Assembly (NCBI GenBank): GCA_015485155.1
Contig: WFUF01000002.1
Span: 69,735 to 133,734 of the forward strand
Direction of reading: 5' to 3'
Length of the DNA stretch: 64,000 nucleotides
Origin: Robiginitomaculum sp.
Lineage (GTDB): Bacteria > Pseudomonadota > Alphaproteobacteria > Caulobacterales > Maricaulaceae
Shown: piece by piece, positions 42,022-52,685 of the stretch
How the letters are laid out: every line of letters begins with the position of its first letter
Position numbering within the stretch: position 1 is the stretch's first letter
Notes under the pieces: generated by a model
Told to the model about the DNA's origin: nothing
Database searches by the model: none
Seen by the model: only the letters and a program-made list of their open reading frames with translations
Made by a program: the position numbers and the translations under genes

Positions 42022-42135
42022 CTAATGGTAGTCGATTAGCTTCACGTCATGAGCAAAGCCACCCATTTCACAACTTTTGCCCGTATCAGGCATATGCCTT
42101 GGCCTTACAGGTGGGGTAATATTTATTAAATCATG
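42022..42135 (-). pseudogene. higB: 3' remnant of a higB toxin gene
   Basis: The open frame ends ...GKSCEMGGFAHDVKLIDYH*, 14 nt upstream of the higA ATG. HigB (COG3549-type) toxins end ...RICF.W..G.A.DVEI.DYH. Only about 37 codons remain before an in-frame stop, against roughly 92 aa for intact toxins. Confidence 0.5.
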
Positions 42136-42176
42136 TTACACATTGATTTCATTAGAGTCTTGCGTCTTTCAGCAAG

Positions 42177-42866
42177 ATGTATCAAAGTGTGTTGATGAAT
42201 GATTTTTCGCAAGTTCCAAAAGTAAAACCCAGCCCATATAAGAAACCTTCGCGTATTCGTGGCAATGATGAGACCCGAAAGCGTATATTGTCTGCTGCGG
42301 CTACAGTGGTGGCCCGTTATGGGATGAAAAAAACCACAATCCGGAAAATTGCCCGCGAGGCCAAGGTGTCGGGCGGGCTTGTCATGCATTATTTTGGATC
42401 GAAGGTTGAGCTGATCCATCATATTTTTCGCTCAGGAAACCCTCCTTTGAGCAAATATTTAAGAACACATCTGGATCAGTTTCATTCACCGGAGGAACTG
42501 GTTCTGGGTGCCATGGAAGCCTATTTGCCCCGGGATATTAAAAATTCAGAACTAACCAGAGAGATTATGGCTAATTCCTGGCTGTGGAGCAAACAGGACG
42601 AAATAAAATATGCCAGCCATCTTGGTGAACTGGCGGATATTGTGGCGGACGCCTTGCAGGAAAAATTTTATCCCGGACAGGTGACTTTAACCCAAACCGC
42701 TACCTATACCTTGGCCAGTGCCTATGTAGGAGTTTTGCGCATGGGATTGCAAAAGGGGTGGGAAAAACAAACCTATATCAATGTTATGACGCCTGCTTTT
42801 CGAATGATCCTGGCCGGTCTTGATGCCGAGGTAAAAGCCTCAATATCCAAAGATGGTGCATCATGA
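42177..42866 (+). CDS. TetR/AcrR-family transcriptional regulator
   Basis: N-terminal HTH RKRILSAAATVVARYGMKKTTIRKIAREAKVSGGLVMHYFGSK. The start may instead be at 42195. Confidence 0.88.
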   Translation: MYQSVLMNDFSQVPKVKPSPYKKPSRIRGNDETRKRILSAAATVVARYGMKKTTIRKIAREAKVSGGLVMHYFGSKVELIHHIFRSGNPPLSKYLRTHLDQFHSPEELVLGAMEAYLPRDIKNSELTREIMANSWLWSKQDEIKYASHLGELADIVADALQEKFYPGQVTLTQTATYTLASAYVGVLRMGLQKGWEKQTYINVMTPAFRMILAGLDAEVKASISKDGAS

Positions 42867-43876
42867 ATTTTGCCTCAGATACTGCTGCTCCTGCGCACCC
42901 GAAAGTTCTGGAACAATTAGCTGCGGCTAATTCCGGGCCTGCGGTAAGTTATGGAGCCGATGGCTGGACGCTACAGGCCGAAGCCATGCTCTCGGATTTG
43001 TTTGAATTTAACTTGCGGGCAAGTTTTGTCAGTTCCGGTACGGCCAGCAATGCTCTTGCCCTGTCATTATTGTGCCCACCTACTGGCGGTATTATATGTC
43101 ATGAACAGGCGCATATAAATTGTGATGAGCGCGGCGCGCCAGAGTTTTTCAGCCATGGAGCCAGGCTGATGCCGCTTACTGGCCTTCACGGTCGGATCAA
43201 AGCGCAGGTTTTGCAGCAAAAACTACAGGAAACTGACGAGAGCTTCGTACACGCAACTCCGCCCAAAGCCCTGTCCATTTCCAATTTAACTGAGTCAGGG
43301 TGCTGTTATACGCCAGAACAAACTACGTCTTTGGCGCAAATGGCAAAGACTGCGGGCCTTGGCGTGCATATGGATGGGGCGCGTTTGGTAAATGCCATGG
43401 CCTTTCTTAAAGCCCGGCCTGCTGATCTAACCTGTAAGGCCGGGGTGGATGTCTTGTCTTTAGGGTTTACCAAAGCCGGTGCCATGGGCGCAGAGGCAGT
43501 TATTTTATTCGGCTCTAATGCCGATATGTTTGACGACTTTGAGGCCAGACGCAAACGGGCAGGGCACATGCCGCCAAAACAACGCTTTGTAGCGGCGCAG
43601 GTGGTGGCTCTGCTACAAAATAATCTGTGGCTGGAACTGGCTGAACATGCCAATACAATGGCGCAAAAATTGCGTGATGGTTTGCTGGAGCAGGGGATTT
43701 GTATTTTGCATCCGGTAGAAGGAAATGAAGTATTTGCCAGGTTGAGCGCTGATCAAACCAGCCAGTTGCGCGATGGTGGAGCCGCGTTTTACTCATGGCC
43801 TGATGGCTCTGCCCGTCTTGTTACCAATTGGAGTACGAAGCACTCTGAAATAAGCTCGGCTCTTGCTCTGTTATAG
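42863..43876 (+). CDS. ltaE: Low-specificity L-threonine aldolase (beta-eliminating lyase family)
   Basis: NFASDT N-terminus, GTASNALAL and GFTKAGAM (PLP lysine). ATGA overlap with the tetR-family gene. Confidence 0.82.
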   Translation: MNFASDTAAPAHPKVLEQLAAANSGPAVSYGADGWTLQAEAMLSDLFEFNLRASFVSSGTASNALALSLLCPPTGGIICHEQAHINCDERGAPEFFSHGARLMPLTGLHGRIKAQVLQQKLQETDESFVHATPPKALSISNLTESGCCYTPEQTTSLAQMAKTAGLGVHMDGARLVNAMAFLKARPADLTCKAGVDVLSLGFTKAGAMGAEAVILFGSNADMFDDFEARRKRAGHMPPKQRFVAAQVVALLQNNLWLELAEHANTMAQKLRDGLLEQGICILHPVEGNEVFARLSADQTSQLRDGGAAFYSWPDGSARLVTNWSTKHSEISSALALL

Positions 43877-43935
43877 CCTGTAATTTACATTAGAACAAAC
43901 TGGAAACCCCAGCCGGATTGAGGTAGCAACAGGTT

Positions 43936-46179
43936 ATGAGCAATGCTGATGGATTTTCTGATTCATCGTCTGGCAGTTTTGGGCCTGACGCAGGCAAGGC
44001 TGTGCGGCAGGAAGAATGGGCTCCGCACCGCCCGGCGCGACCAGAAAAATCTGAAGGCGGCGTGGCTTTTGAACTGGTGAGCGAGTTTGAGCCCAAGGGT
44101 GATCAACCGCAGGCCATAGCCAATCTGGTAAAAGGGGTGGAAGCTGGTGAAATGGATCAGGTATTGCTCGGTGTTACCGGCTCGGGCAAGACGTTTACCA
44201 TGGCGCAAGTTATCAAGGAAACTCAGCGCCCGGCACTTATCCTGGCCCATAACAAGACTCTGGCAGCGCAATTATATGGAGAGTTTAAGGACTTTTTCCC
44301 GAACAATGCGGTTGAGTACTTTGTTTCCTATTATGATTATTATCAGCCGGAAGCCTATGTGCCGCGCACCGATACCTATATTGAAAAAGACAGCGCAATA
44401 AATGAAACCATTGACCGAATGCGCCATGCTGCCACTCGCGCTATATTGGAACGTGATGATGTAATTATTGTCTCTTCGGTTTCATGTATATATGGCATTG
44501 GCTCGGTGGAAACCTATACGTCGATGACATTTACCCTGGAGCCGGGGCAGGAGATTGACCAACGGGCAATAATGCGCAATCTGGTGGAATTGCAGTTTAA
44601 GCGCAATGATGCTGCCTTTACCCGCGGCACATTCAGAGTGCGCGGTGATGTGTTGGAGATATTCCCCTCCCATTATGAAGACCGGGCCTGGCGCATTGAT
44701 TTTTTTGGTGATGAAATTGACAGTATCTGGGAGTTCGACCCGCTAACCGGTAAAAGAACTTCAGAGCGCGATCATATCAAGGTTTATGCGAATTCTCACT
44801 ATGTTACCCCGCGTCCGACCATTAAACAGGCCATAAGAAATATTCGCAAGGAAATGCACGAGAGGGTTAAGTGGCTGGAGAAAAATAATAAATTACTCGA
44901 GGCTCAACGCTTGCAGCAAAGAACCGACTTTGATCTGGAAATGATGGAAGCACAAGGAGTTTGCTCAGGCATTGAAAATTATTCCAGATATCTTACTGGT
45001 CGCAAGCCCGGAGACCCGCCGCCAACCTTGTTTGAGTATCTGCCGGAAAATGCTCTGGTGTTTGTTGATGAAAGCCATGTGACCATTCCGCAATTAGGCG
45101 CAATGTACAAGGGCGATTTTCGGCGCAAATCAACTCTGGCTGACTATGGGTTTCGGCTGCCAAGCTGTCTGGATAACCGGCCATTGAAGTTTGAAGAATG
45201 GCAGGCAATGCGCCCACAGACGATAAATGTTTCTGCCACTCCCGGGCCATGGGAGCTGGCGCAGACCGGTGGTGTGTTTACCGAACAGATCATACGCCCA
45301 ACCGGCCTGATTGATCCTCCGGTGCAGGTGCGTCCGGTTTCAGCCAATGGTGCCAATCAGGTTGATGATGTGATTGCGGAGGTGCGGGCGGTAGCTGAGC
45401 GTGGCTATCGGTCACTGATAACCACACTTACCAAGAAAATGGCTGAGGACCTGACCGAATATATGCATGAACAGGGCATAAAGGTGCGTTATATGCATTC
45501 GGATATTGATACGCTGGAGCGTATTGAAATAATTCGCGATTTACGCCTTGGTGCCTTTGATGTGCTGATCGGGATCAATCTGCTGCGTGAGGGTTTGGAT
45601 ATTCCTGAATGTGCATTTGTTGGAATTCTTGATGCTGATAAGGAAGGTTTTTTGCGTTCAGAAACATCTTTGGTGCAGACCATTGGCCGGGCCGCCAGAA
45701 ATGTTGAAGCGCAAGTGGTGTTATATGCTGACAAAATTACCGGCTCCATGCAGCGGGCTATGAATGAAACCAAACGCCGTCGTAAGAAACAGCAGGAATA
45801 TAACGCCAGACACGGCATTACCCCGCAATCCATTAAAAAGAATATCGGCGATATTCTGGAAAGTGTATATGAAGGTGATCATGTGCGGGTGGGAACTGAA
45901 GACAGCGCACTTGGCTATGTCCGTGGCCTTGCCGAAGATGGCAGTCATTTTGTCGGTAAAGACTTAAAAACAGTAATTGCGGAAACTGAAAAAGCCATGC
46001 TCAGTGCTGCGGCTGATCTGGAATTTGAGCAGGCAGCCAAATTACGCGACCAACTTTCCAAATTGCGCGAAAAAGAGCTTGATTTACTATCCCCAGCAGG
46101 AACCATTTCCCATAAGAAACGCCATTCGCGCAAAAGCGGGGGCAGCGGAGTAAGTTGGAAGCATAACCGTAGCCGGTGA
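43936..46179 (+). CDS. uvrB: Excinuclease ABC subunit B
   Basis: GVTGSGKT, helicase motifs ([24 protein letters not shown]) and the C-terminal UVR domain ([13 protein letters not shown]). Confidence 0.97.
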   Translation: MSNADGFSDSSSGSFGPDAGKAVRQEEWAPHRPARPEKSEGGVAFELVSEFEPKGDQPQAIANLVKGVEAGEMDQVLLGVTGSGKTFTMAQVIKETQRPALILAHNKTLAAQLYGEFKDFFPNNAVEYFVSYYDYYQPEAYVPRTDTYIEKDSAINETIDRMRHAATRAILERDDVIIVSSVSCIYGIGSVETYTSMTFTLEPGQEIDQRAIMRNLVELQFKRNDAAFTRGTFRVRGDVLEIFPSHYEDRAWRIDFFGDEIDSIWEFDPLTGKRTSERDHIKVYANSHYVTPRPTIKQAIRNIRKEMHERVKWLEKNNKLLEAQRLQQRTDFDLEMMEAQGVCSGIENYSRYLTGRKPGDPPPTLFEYLPENALVFVDESHVTIPQLGAMYKGDFRRKSTLADYGFRLPSCLDNRPLKFEEWQAMRPQTINVSATPGPWELAQTGGVFTEQIIRPTGLIDPPVQVRPVSANGANQVDDVIAEVRAVAERGYRSLITTLTKKMAEDLTEYMHEQGIKVRYMHSDIDTLERIEIIRDLRLGAFDVLIGINLLREGLDIPECAFVGILDADKEGFLRSETSLVQTIGRAARNVEAQVVLYADKITGSMQRAMNETKRRRKKQQEYNARHGITPQSIKKNIGDILESVYEGDHVRVGTEDSALGYVRGLAEDGSHFVGKDLKTVIAETEKAMLSAAADLEFEQAAKLRDQLSKLREKELDLLSPAGTISHKKRHSRKSGGSGVSWKHNRSR

Positions 46180-46213
46180 ACCTTGCTTGCGTGCAAAAGG
46201 GGCTGGTGCAGCA

Positions 46214-46243
46214 AAAAGGGCGACCCAATCGAGCCGCCCTTTT
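46214..46243. terminator. Bidirectional intrinsic terminator between convergent uvrB and groEL
   Basis: AAAAGGGCG-(12-nt loop)-CGCCCTTTT. The GC-rich stem is flanked by an A-tract and a T-tract, so it reads as a terminator on both strands. Confidence 0.55.
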
Positions 46244-46293
46244 CAAAATTTATGAACCGGGTAAACCGGAACGGTTAATGTGGCATAAGTGCC

Positions 46294-47958
<1,665 letters not shown>

Positions 47959-47999
47959 TTATGACTAAAATTTGAGGGATGGATAGAATGAGGCGGGGA

Positions 48000-48287
48000 T
48001 TAACCCAGAACACCCATAATATCGGATTCTTTCATTATGATCAGCTCTTTGCCGTCAAGTTTAACTTCGGTACCAGACCATTTGCCAAACAGGATGCGAT
48101 CACCTTTCTTTACATCCAGCGGTATCAATTTACCGCTATCATCTTTGGTGCCAGGGCCAACGGAGATAACCTCGCCTTCCTGTGGCTTTTCCTTGGCGGT
48201 ATCGGGAATGATAATTCCACCAGCAGTTTTGCTGTCTTCTTCGATGCGCGACACAAGTACGCGATCATGTAAAGGACGAAATTTCAT
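48000..48287 (-). CDS. groES: Co-chaperonin GroES
   Basis: [12 protein letters not shown]...; 95 aa. Located upstream of groEL. Confidence 0.97.
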   Translation of the reverse strand: MKFRPLHDRVLVSRIEEDSKTAGGIIIPDTAKEKPQEGEVISVGPGTKDDSGKLIPLDVKKGDRILFGKWSGTEVKLDGKELIIMKESDIMGVLG

Positions 48288-48350
48288 ATCGGTTCGCTCT
48301 TTCTTGTTTAGGGTTTCAAAACACTTAACCGGCCGCCTTATGGGTGAATT

Positions 48351-48377
48351 TTAGCACTCACCGCACCCGACTGCCAG
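48351..48377 (-). promoter_or_regulatory. CIRCE-like HrcA operator (one perfect and one degenerate arm)
   Basis: The plus strand reads TTAGCACTC-N9-GACTGCCAG, against the consensus TTAGCACTC-N9-GAGTGCTAA (9/9 and 6/9 matches). It lies between the putative promoter and the groES ATG, which is the canonical location. Confidence 0.5.
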
Positions 48378-48387
48378 CGCAAGGGGG

Positions 48388-48416
48388 AGATAGGGGGGCG
48401 CAGGTGCTGAGTCAAG
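48388..48416 (-). promoter_or_regulatory. Sigma-32 (RpoH)-type heat-shock promoter for groESL
   Basis: The minus strand reads CTTG-N18-CCTATCT. This matches the alphaproteobacterial RpoH consensus CTTG-N17/18-CYTATNT as I recall it. It is about 100 nt upstream of groES. Confidence 0.5.
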
Positions 48417-48528
48417 GATTGAAGAGGAAAAATTATTGGGGGCAGCTACATTGTTCAGTTTGCCAAGGCAGATTAACAATACACCTTAATCACCATGAAC
48501 AAATTTGTGTATGGTCTTTCATGCTAGT

Positions 48529-49080
48529 TTATTTTTGGATGTTCCAGCAGGGCTGTAATTGGCTAATTATTGAGTTTTCCAACCCTGCTGCCGTGTCCAG
48601 ATCAAATATACCAATCTTCTTTGCAGATGTGTCGGCATAACCAAATATTTCAACTGAATTCCCGTTACTAAGTGAGTGAGATAAAAGGGCATTCAAACGA
48701 ATGTTAGTGCTCTGGCTACTACCGGGTTTTGCATAAAAATACAGGCGCTTTGCCAATAGCTGACTGGTTTTTCCTACATACATCACCTGCCCATTTAGAA
48801 TGAAGGAGTACAAAGCTGGTGATGCTTTCCTCATTTGATTTTGACGAAGCGCTAGATTCCCGTTTTCGATCAACCAAGTTCCAATTTGTCTAAACCCGAT
48901 TGCCCTAATATCTGCCAATCCTGGTTTCGAAAATAACCTGCTTGTTTGCGATGCGCGGATAGGGGCTAGGTTCTGTGGTATGTTCTCCGCGGAATTTGCT
49001 GCCGATGATTTTCTGATGATCAATCGTACTATTTTTTTTTTGACTGCCACAACTTTGGCAATAGTCTGTACGTCGATCAA
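48529..49080 (-). CDS. GIY-YIG nuclease-domain protein (5' end uncertain, possibly frameshifted)
   Basis: The C-terminal half carries the GIY-YIG signature: LYSFILNGQVMYVGKTSQLLAKRLYFY...N...E..IFGY...LENSIISQLQPCWN. The track start is a TTG. The first ATG (48834) would leave a roughly 100-aa domain. The segment is AT-rich. Confidence 0.68.
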   Translation of the reverse strand: MIDVQTIAKVVAVKKKIVRLIIRKSSAANSAENIPQNLAPIRASQTSRLFSKPGLADIRAIGFRQIGTWLIENGNLALRQNQMRKASPALYSFILNGQVMYVGKTSQLLAKRLYFYAKPGSSQSTNIRLNALLSHSLSNGNSVEIFGYADTSAKKIGIFDLDTAAGLENSIISQLQPCWNIQK

Positions 49081-49374
49081 ATTGTCGTAATAATTCCAAT
49101 TTTCGGCTGATTTGGTTTGCTTGCTGTCGCTGAGTAAACTTCAATTTAGCTGCGATGCAATCATCACAAATTCCAGCCGGTGCAATTTTTGACAGTAATT
49201 TTCTACTTCATATCTTTGAGACATAGTTAATTAATCTTCAAAATATCCTCGAGTGTGGGTAGGAATCTATCACGAGGCTAAGCGTTAACCAAACCATCGT
49301 GCTGGTTTGTCTTATCGCCTGGCGGCTATTTTAAGGACGGGTTTTGCGGTAAAATGCTCATTTGCAAAAACCAA

Positions 49375-50976
49375 TTAGCCAAAACATTCTGCCTTTATTA
49401 TGTCCGCCACGCGCAGGGAATTGGCGATGGCAGTAAGCGCCGGATTTACAGCAGCGCTTGAGACAAAAACCGAGGTATCCACCACATACAGATTTTCTAT
49501 TTGGTGCGACTTGCAATTTGCATCAACCACGGAAGCCTTTTTATCCTTGCCCATGCGCAAGGTTCCGCATTGATGCGCTGTACCATAAAGCGGCAATATT
49601 CCGTCCATTTGTGCCCTGTGGCCTTCAAGGCAATGACACAGGCGCCCGGCATTGTGCATTATCTGGTGAAAACGCTTGATCAGCCGTTTATGAGGCACCA
49701 GATTATTATACCAGTAATCAAGCTGTATGGAGCCATCATCGCGCAGACGCACCCGGTTTCTGGCTTCGGGAAGGTCTTCGGTCATGACCAGAAATGGGAT
49801 TAGTCTTTCGCCAATGGCATCGGCAACGAATTTTGGGATTAGCCAGTATGGGATCAGTCCGGATAATTGCCCGCGCAACACATCGCCATTCATGTATTCA
49901 AGCAATTGAATATGCCCCATGGGGAAATCAAATTCGCCATCAGGGTCTTTCCAGTAAAAGTCATTGATTGCCATGGTTTTGGGAAAACTTGTCTCCACTT
50001 TGGACCAGGCAAAGGAAAGGGTGGCAGATGCGGTATGAAACATATAATTGCGCCCCACCTGATCCGAGCCATTGGCCAGCCCGTTCGGGTGGGCATCATT
50101 TGCCGAAGCCAGCAATAAGGCTGCCGAATTGATGGCACCTGCGGCCAGAACCACCACATCGCCACGCACATTATGGCTTTCGCCATTGTGTACATATTCC
50201 ACGCTGGTAATATCTGTTCCAGAAGCATTGGTGTGCAATCGGGTTACCCTGGCGCCTGTTAGCAATTCTACATTGCTGTGCTCTATGGCCATATTTACCA
50301 TTTTGCGACCATCGGATTTGGCTTCACGCAAGCAAGGAAACCCGCCGCAAGTGCGACAGCGGATACAGGGGCTGTTCAGGGGATTTTCCACATTACGATC
50401 CACCGCTATCGGCATTTCAAACGGTTGCAGGCCCTGTTTGGTCAAATGATGTTTAATACGGGCAATTTCCGGATCATGCTTCATTGGCGGATAGGCATAG
50501 GGCGGGGCGCTGGCATCATCGGTGGGATCAGCGCCGCGATTGCCATGTACCTGCCACAGGGTTTCAGCTTCGGTGTAATAAGGTGCCAGATCAGTATAGC
50601 TAATGGGCCATGCCGGCGAGATCATGCCGCCATAATGTCTGGTTTCTTCAAAATCGCGCTGGCGAAACCGATACAGGGCTGCTCCATAAAAAATGGTATT
50701 GCCACCCACCCAGTAATGGATATTGGGCTGGAAGGTTTTGCCCTTGCGATCTGTCCAGTTTTCATCGGCCTTGTAACGATCCTTGATAAAAACCTCTTTG
50801 GGGCTCCAGTTTGCGCTTTCCACAGGCAAATGTTCACCGCGCTCCAAAATCAAGATGGACTTCCCCGATGCGGCCAGTTTCTGGGCCAGGGTGGCACCGC
50901 TTGCTCCTGAACCGATAATTACCAGATCATAAGAGCTATCGGCCCTGCGTGGTGTTTCTACTTTAATCGCCGACAT
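49375..50976 (-). CDS. GMC-family FAD oxidoreductase (Cys-rich CxxCxxCGxxxC insert type)
   Basis: YDLVIIGSGASGATLAQKLA, CIRCRTCGGFPC, and a C-terminal GTAHQCGTLRMG...VVDTSVF signature. ATG 50976 is preferred over the track start at 51075, which lies inside the SDR gene. Confidence 0.85.
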   Translation of the reverse strand: MSAIKVETPRRADSSYDLVIIGSGASGATLAQKLAASGKSILILERGEHLPVESANWSPKEVFIKDRYKADENWTDRKGKTFQPNIHYWVGGNTIFYGAALYRFRQRDFEETRHYGGMISPAWPISYTDLAPYYTEAETLWQVHGNRGADPTDDASAPPYAYPPMKHDPEIARIKHHLTKQGLQPFEMPIAVDRNVENPLNSPCIRCRTCGGFPCLREAKSDGRKMVNMAIEHSNVELLTGARVTRLHTNASGTDITSVEYVHNGESHNVRGDVVVLAAGAINSAALLLASANDAHPNGLANGSDQVGRNYMFHTASATLSFAWSKVETSFPKTMAINDFYWKDPDGEFDFPMGHIQLLEYMNGDVLRGQLSGLIPYWLIPKFVADAIGERLIPFLVMTEDLPEARNRVRLRDDGSIQLDYWYNNLVPHKRLIKRFHQIMHNAGRLCHCLEGHRAQMDGILPLYGTAHQCGTLRMGKDKKASVVDANCKSHQIENLYVVDTSVFVSSAAVNPALTAIANSLRVADIIKAECFG

Positions 50977-51769
50977 AAGCTTTCTCTGCCAGGGGGCGGG
51001 TGATGGCCCGCACCATTCTTTCAGGAAGGTATCGCAATAATAGCGCCATGATTTTTGCTGATAATCCTGGTACAATAATTTCGGCGCCTTGATTATTACG
51101 TCGCCAGGCTTCTTCTACCATTTGCTCAGGGCTTTGGGTGAACCATTTGGCGCTTTGCATGGATTTGGGATCAATATTGTTTGCCTGCTGAAACTCGGTG
51201 GCAACAAATCCCGGTAAAACTGCGCTGACCAACACTCCTTGTTCTGATACTTCTGCGGCCAGACTTTGGGAAAATTTAAGCAAAAAAGCCTTGCCTGCCG
51301 GATATAGGGTATGGCCCTTGCCCCCTGATGACAGGGCGGCGATTGAGCTTATGTTTAATATGCGCCCCCAGCCTTGTTTGGTCATATGCGGTAAAACTGC
51401 ATGGCTAAGCGCCACCGGGGTGTTTATGGTAAGCTCAAGAAATCGTAATTGTTGCTCATAAGTTGTTTTGGCAAAGCTACAGGCAATTGAAATTCCGGCA
51501 TTGTTGATCAGAATATTTACCTTGCGCCCCAGCTTCTGCACCTGTTTGAATAAATTTAGTCCGGCACCTGGCAAGCCAAGATCAGCGCAAAACGTATCGA
51601 CGGCAACATTGTGATCCTGTTGTAGTTTTTCTGAAATGTCTAACAGGCGGTCTTTGCGGCGGGCGCATAGCCCAAGATCATAGCCGTTAATGGCTGCATG
51701 ACGGGCAAAGGCTGCACCAATTCCCGAAGATGCTCCGGTAATCAGGGCGTATTTGTCCGGTTTTGTCAT
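50963..51769 (-). CDS. Short-chain dehydrogenase/reductase (SDR)
   Basis: TGASSGIG cofactor motif, NNAG, and a catalytic S...YxxxK (YPAGK). Confidence 0.9.
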   Translation of the reverse strand: MTKPDKYALITGASSGIGAAFARHAAINGYDLGLCARRKDRLLDISEKLQQDHNVAVDTFCADLGLPGAGLNLFKQVQKLGRKVNILINNAGISIACSFAKTTYEQQLRFLELTINTPVALSHAVLPHMTKQGWGRILNISSIAALSSGGKGHTLYPAGKAFLLKFSQSLAAEVSEQGVLVSAVLPGFVATEFQQANNIDPKSMQSAKWFTQSPEQMVEEAWRRNNQGAEIIVPGLSAKIMALLLRYLPERMVRAITRPLAEKAYVGD

Positions 51770-51772
51770 AGT

Positions 51773-52510
51773 TTAGCCAAGCCATCCGGCAGCACGGATT
51801 TTAGGTGCATAGGTGCGGCTTACTGGAACCTTGGTTTGATCCCTTAATACAATATGTAATTTACCCTGATCCCGTTTTATTTGTTCAATGCCCTCTTTTG
51901 CCACCCACCATGAACGGTGCACCTGCATGCCATCATAATCACCAAGCTCGGAAATGGCATCGGCAAGCCGCATCAGAATTAAATCTGATCCCTGGGCTGT
52001 GTAGATGCGTAAATAATGGTCTTCGGACGAAACTGCGTATAAGCTGCCATCAGATATTTTTGCAGGGATCCTGGCAAAAAACCGTGCTCCATTATCAGAT
52101 GGTTTATCAGGAAATGCCCGGTCAGAGAGAAAACTGACCCCGCTAACCGCCACAGATACAACCCAGATCAAAAAATACAAATTTGGCCAGTGGACTATGG
52201 AAACCGGATGACCGGTTGCAAGCTGTATCAGTAATACAGCAGGAAATACCAGCGCCGCCATTATAAAGGATGCCAATAGATAAAACCAGAAGCTGGACAG
52301 TTTGGGTAAATTGTTTTTTAGCCTCGGGCCAATGAATCTTGATGCCATCCACCCCCATGTCAACAATCCTGTCCAATACGCCCATGCGCCGACAATTGGC
52401 AAATGACTGGTAGCTCCAAACGGTGACATTAATGCTAATATGGTCCCGATGAATACAATCAGGATTATATCCTTATTAGTATATGCATTGAGCCAAAACC
52501 GGGCGAACAT
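51773..52510 (-). CDS. Membrane-anchored LytTR-domain DNA-binding protein
   Basis: About 4 N-terminal TM helices plus a C-terminal LytTR domain (SSEDHYLRIYT..GSDLILMRLADAISEL...MQVHRSWWV). There is no receiver domain. Confidence 0.8.
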   Translation of the reverse strand: MFARFWLNAYTNKDIILIVFIGTILALMSPFGATSHLPIVGAWAYWTGLLTWGWMASRFIGPRLKNNLPKLSSFWFYLLASFIMAALVFPAVLLIQLATGHPVSIVHWPNLYFLIWVVSVAVSGVSFLSDRAFPDKPSDNGARFFARIPAKISDGSLYAVSSEDHYLRIYTAQGSDLILMRLADAISELGDYDGMQVHRSWWVAKEGIEQIKRDQGKLHIVLRDQTKVPVSRTYAPKIRAAGWLG

Positions 52511-52685
52511 TCATGTTTCCTGACTGTTTGATCTTCAAAAAATGCTTAATGTGCAGCTCAAGTCAAGTAAAACAAAGGCAACAGGGCTGATTTTTGCAAA
52601 ACCTGCGTAAAAATACAATCGGCCTCGCAATATTCGGCAAAATGGCGTATTGTGGAGACTCGTTTTAGAAATAAAGGGCGTAAGC

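Noticed and set aside
42126-42422. 98-aa minus-strand ORF
   Set aside because: It is antisense to the N-terminal HTH region of the TetR-family gene and has no recognisable features. The real minus-strand signal here is the short higB remnant, which is in another frame.
48344-48640. 98-aa plus-strand ORF spanning the groES upstream region
   Set aside because: It covers the CIRCE and promoter region and then runs antisense into the GIY-YIG gene. It has no RBS and no motifs.
50072-50910. Plus-strand ORFs 50072-50449 and 50278-50910
   Set aside because: They are antisense to the GMC oxidoreductase gene and have no motifs.
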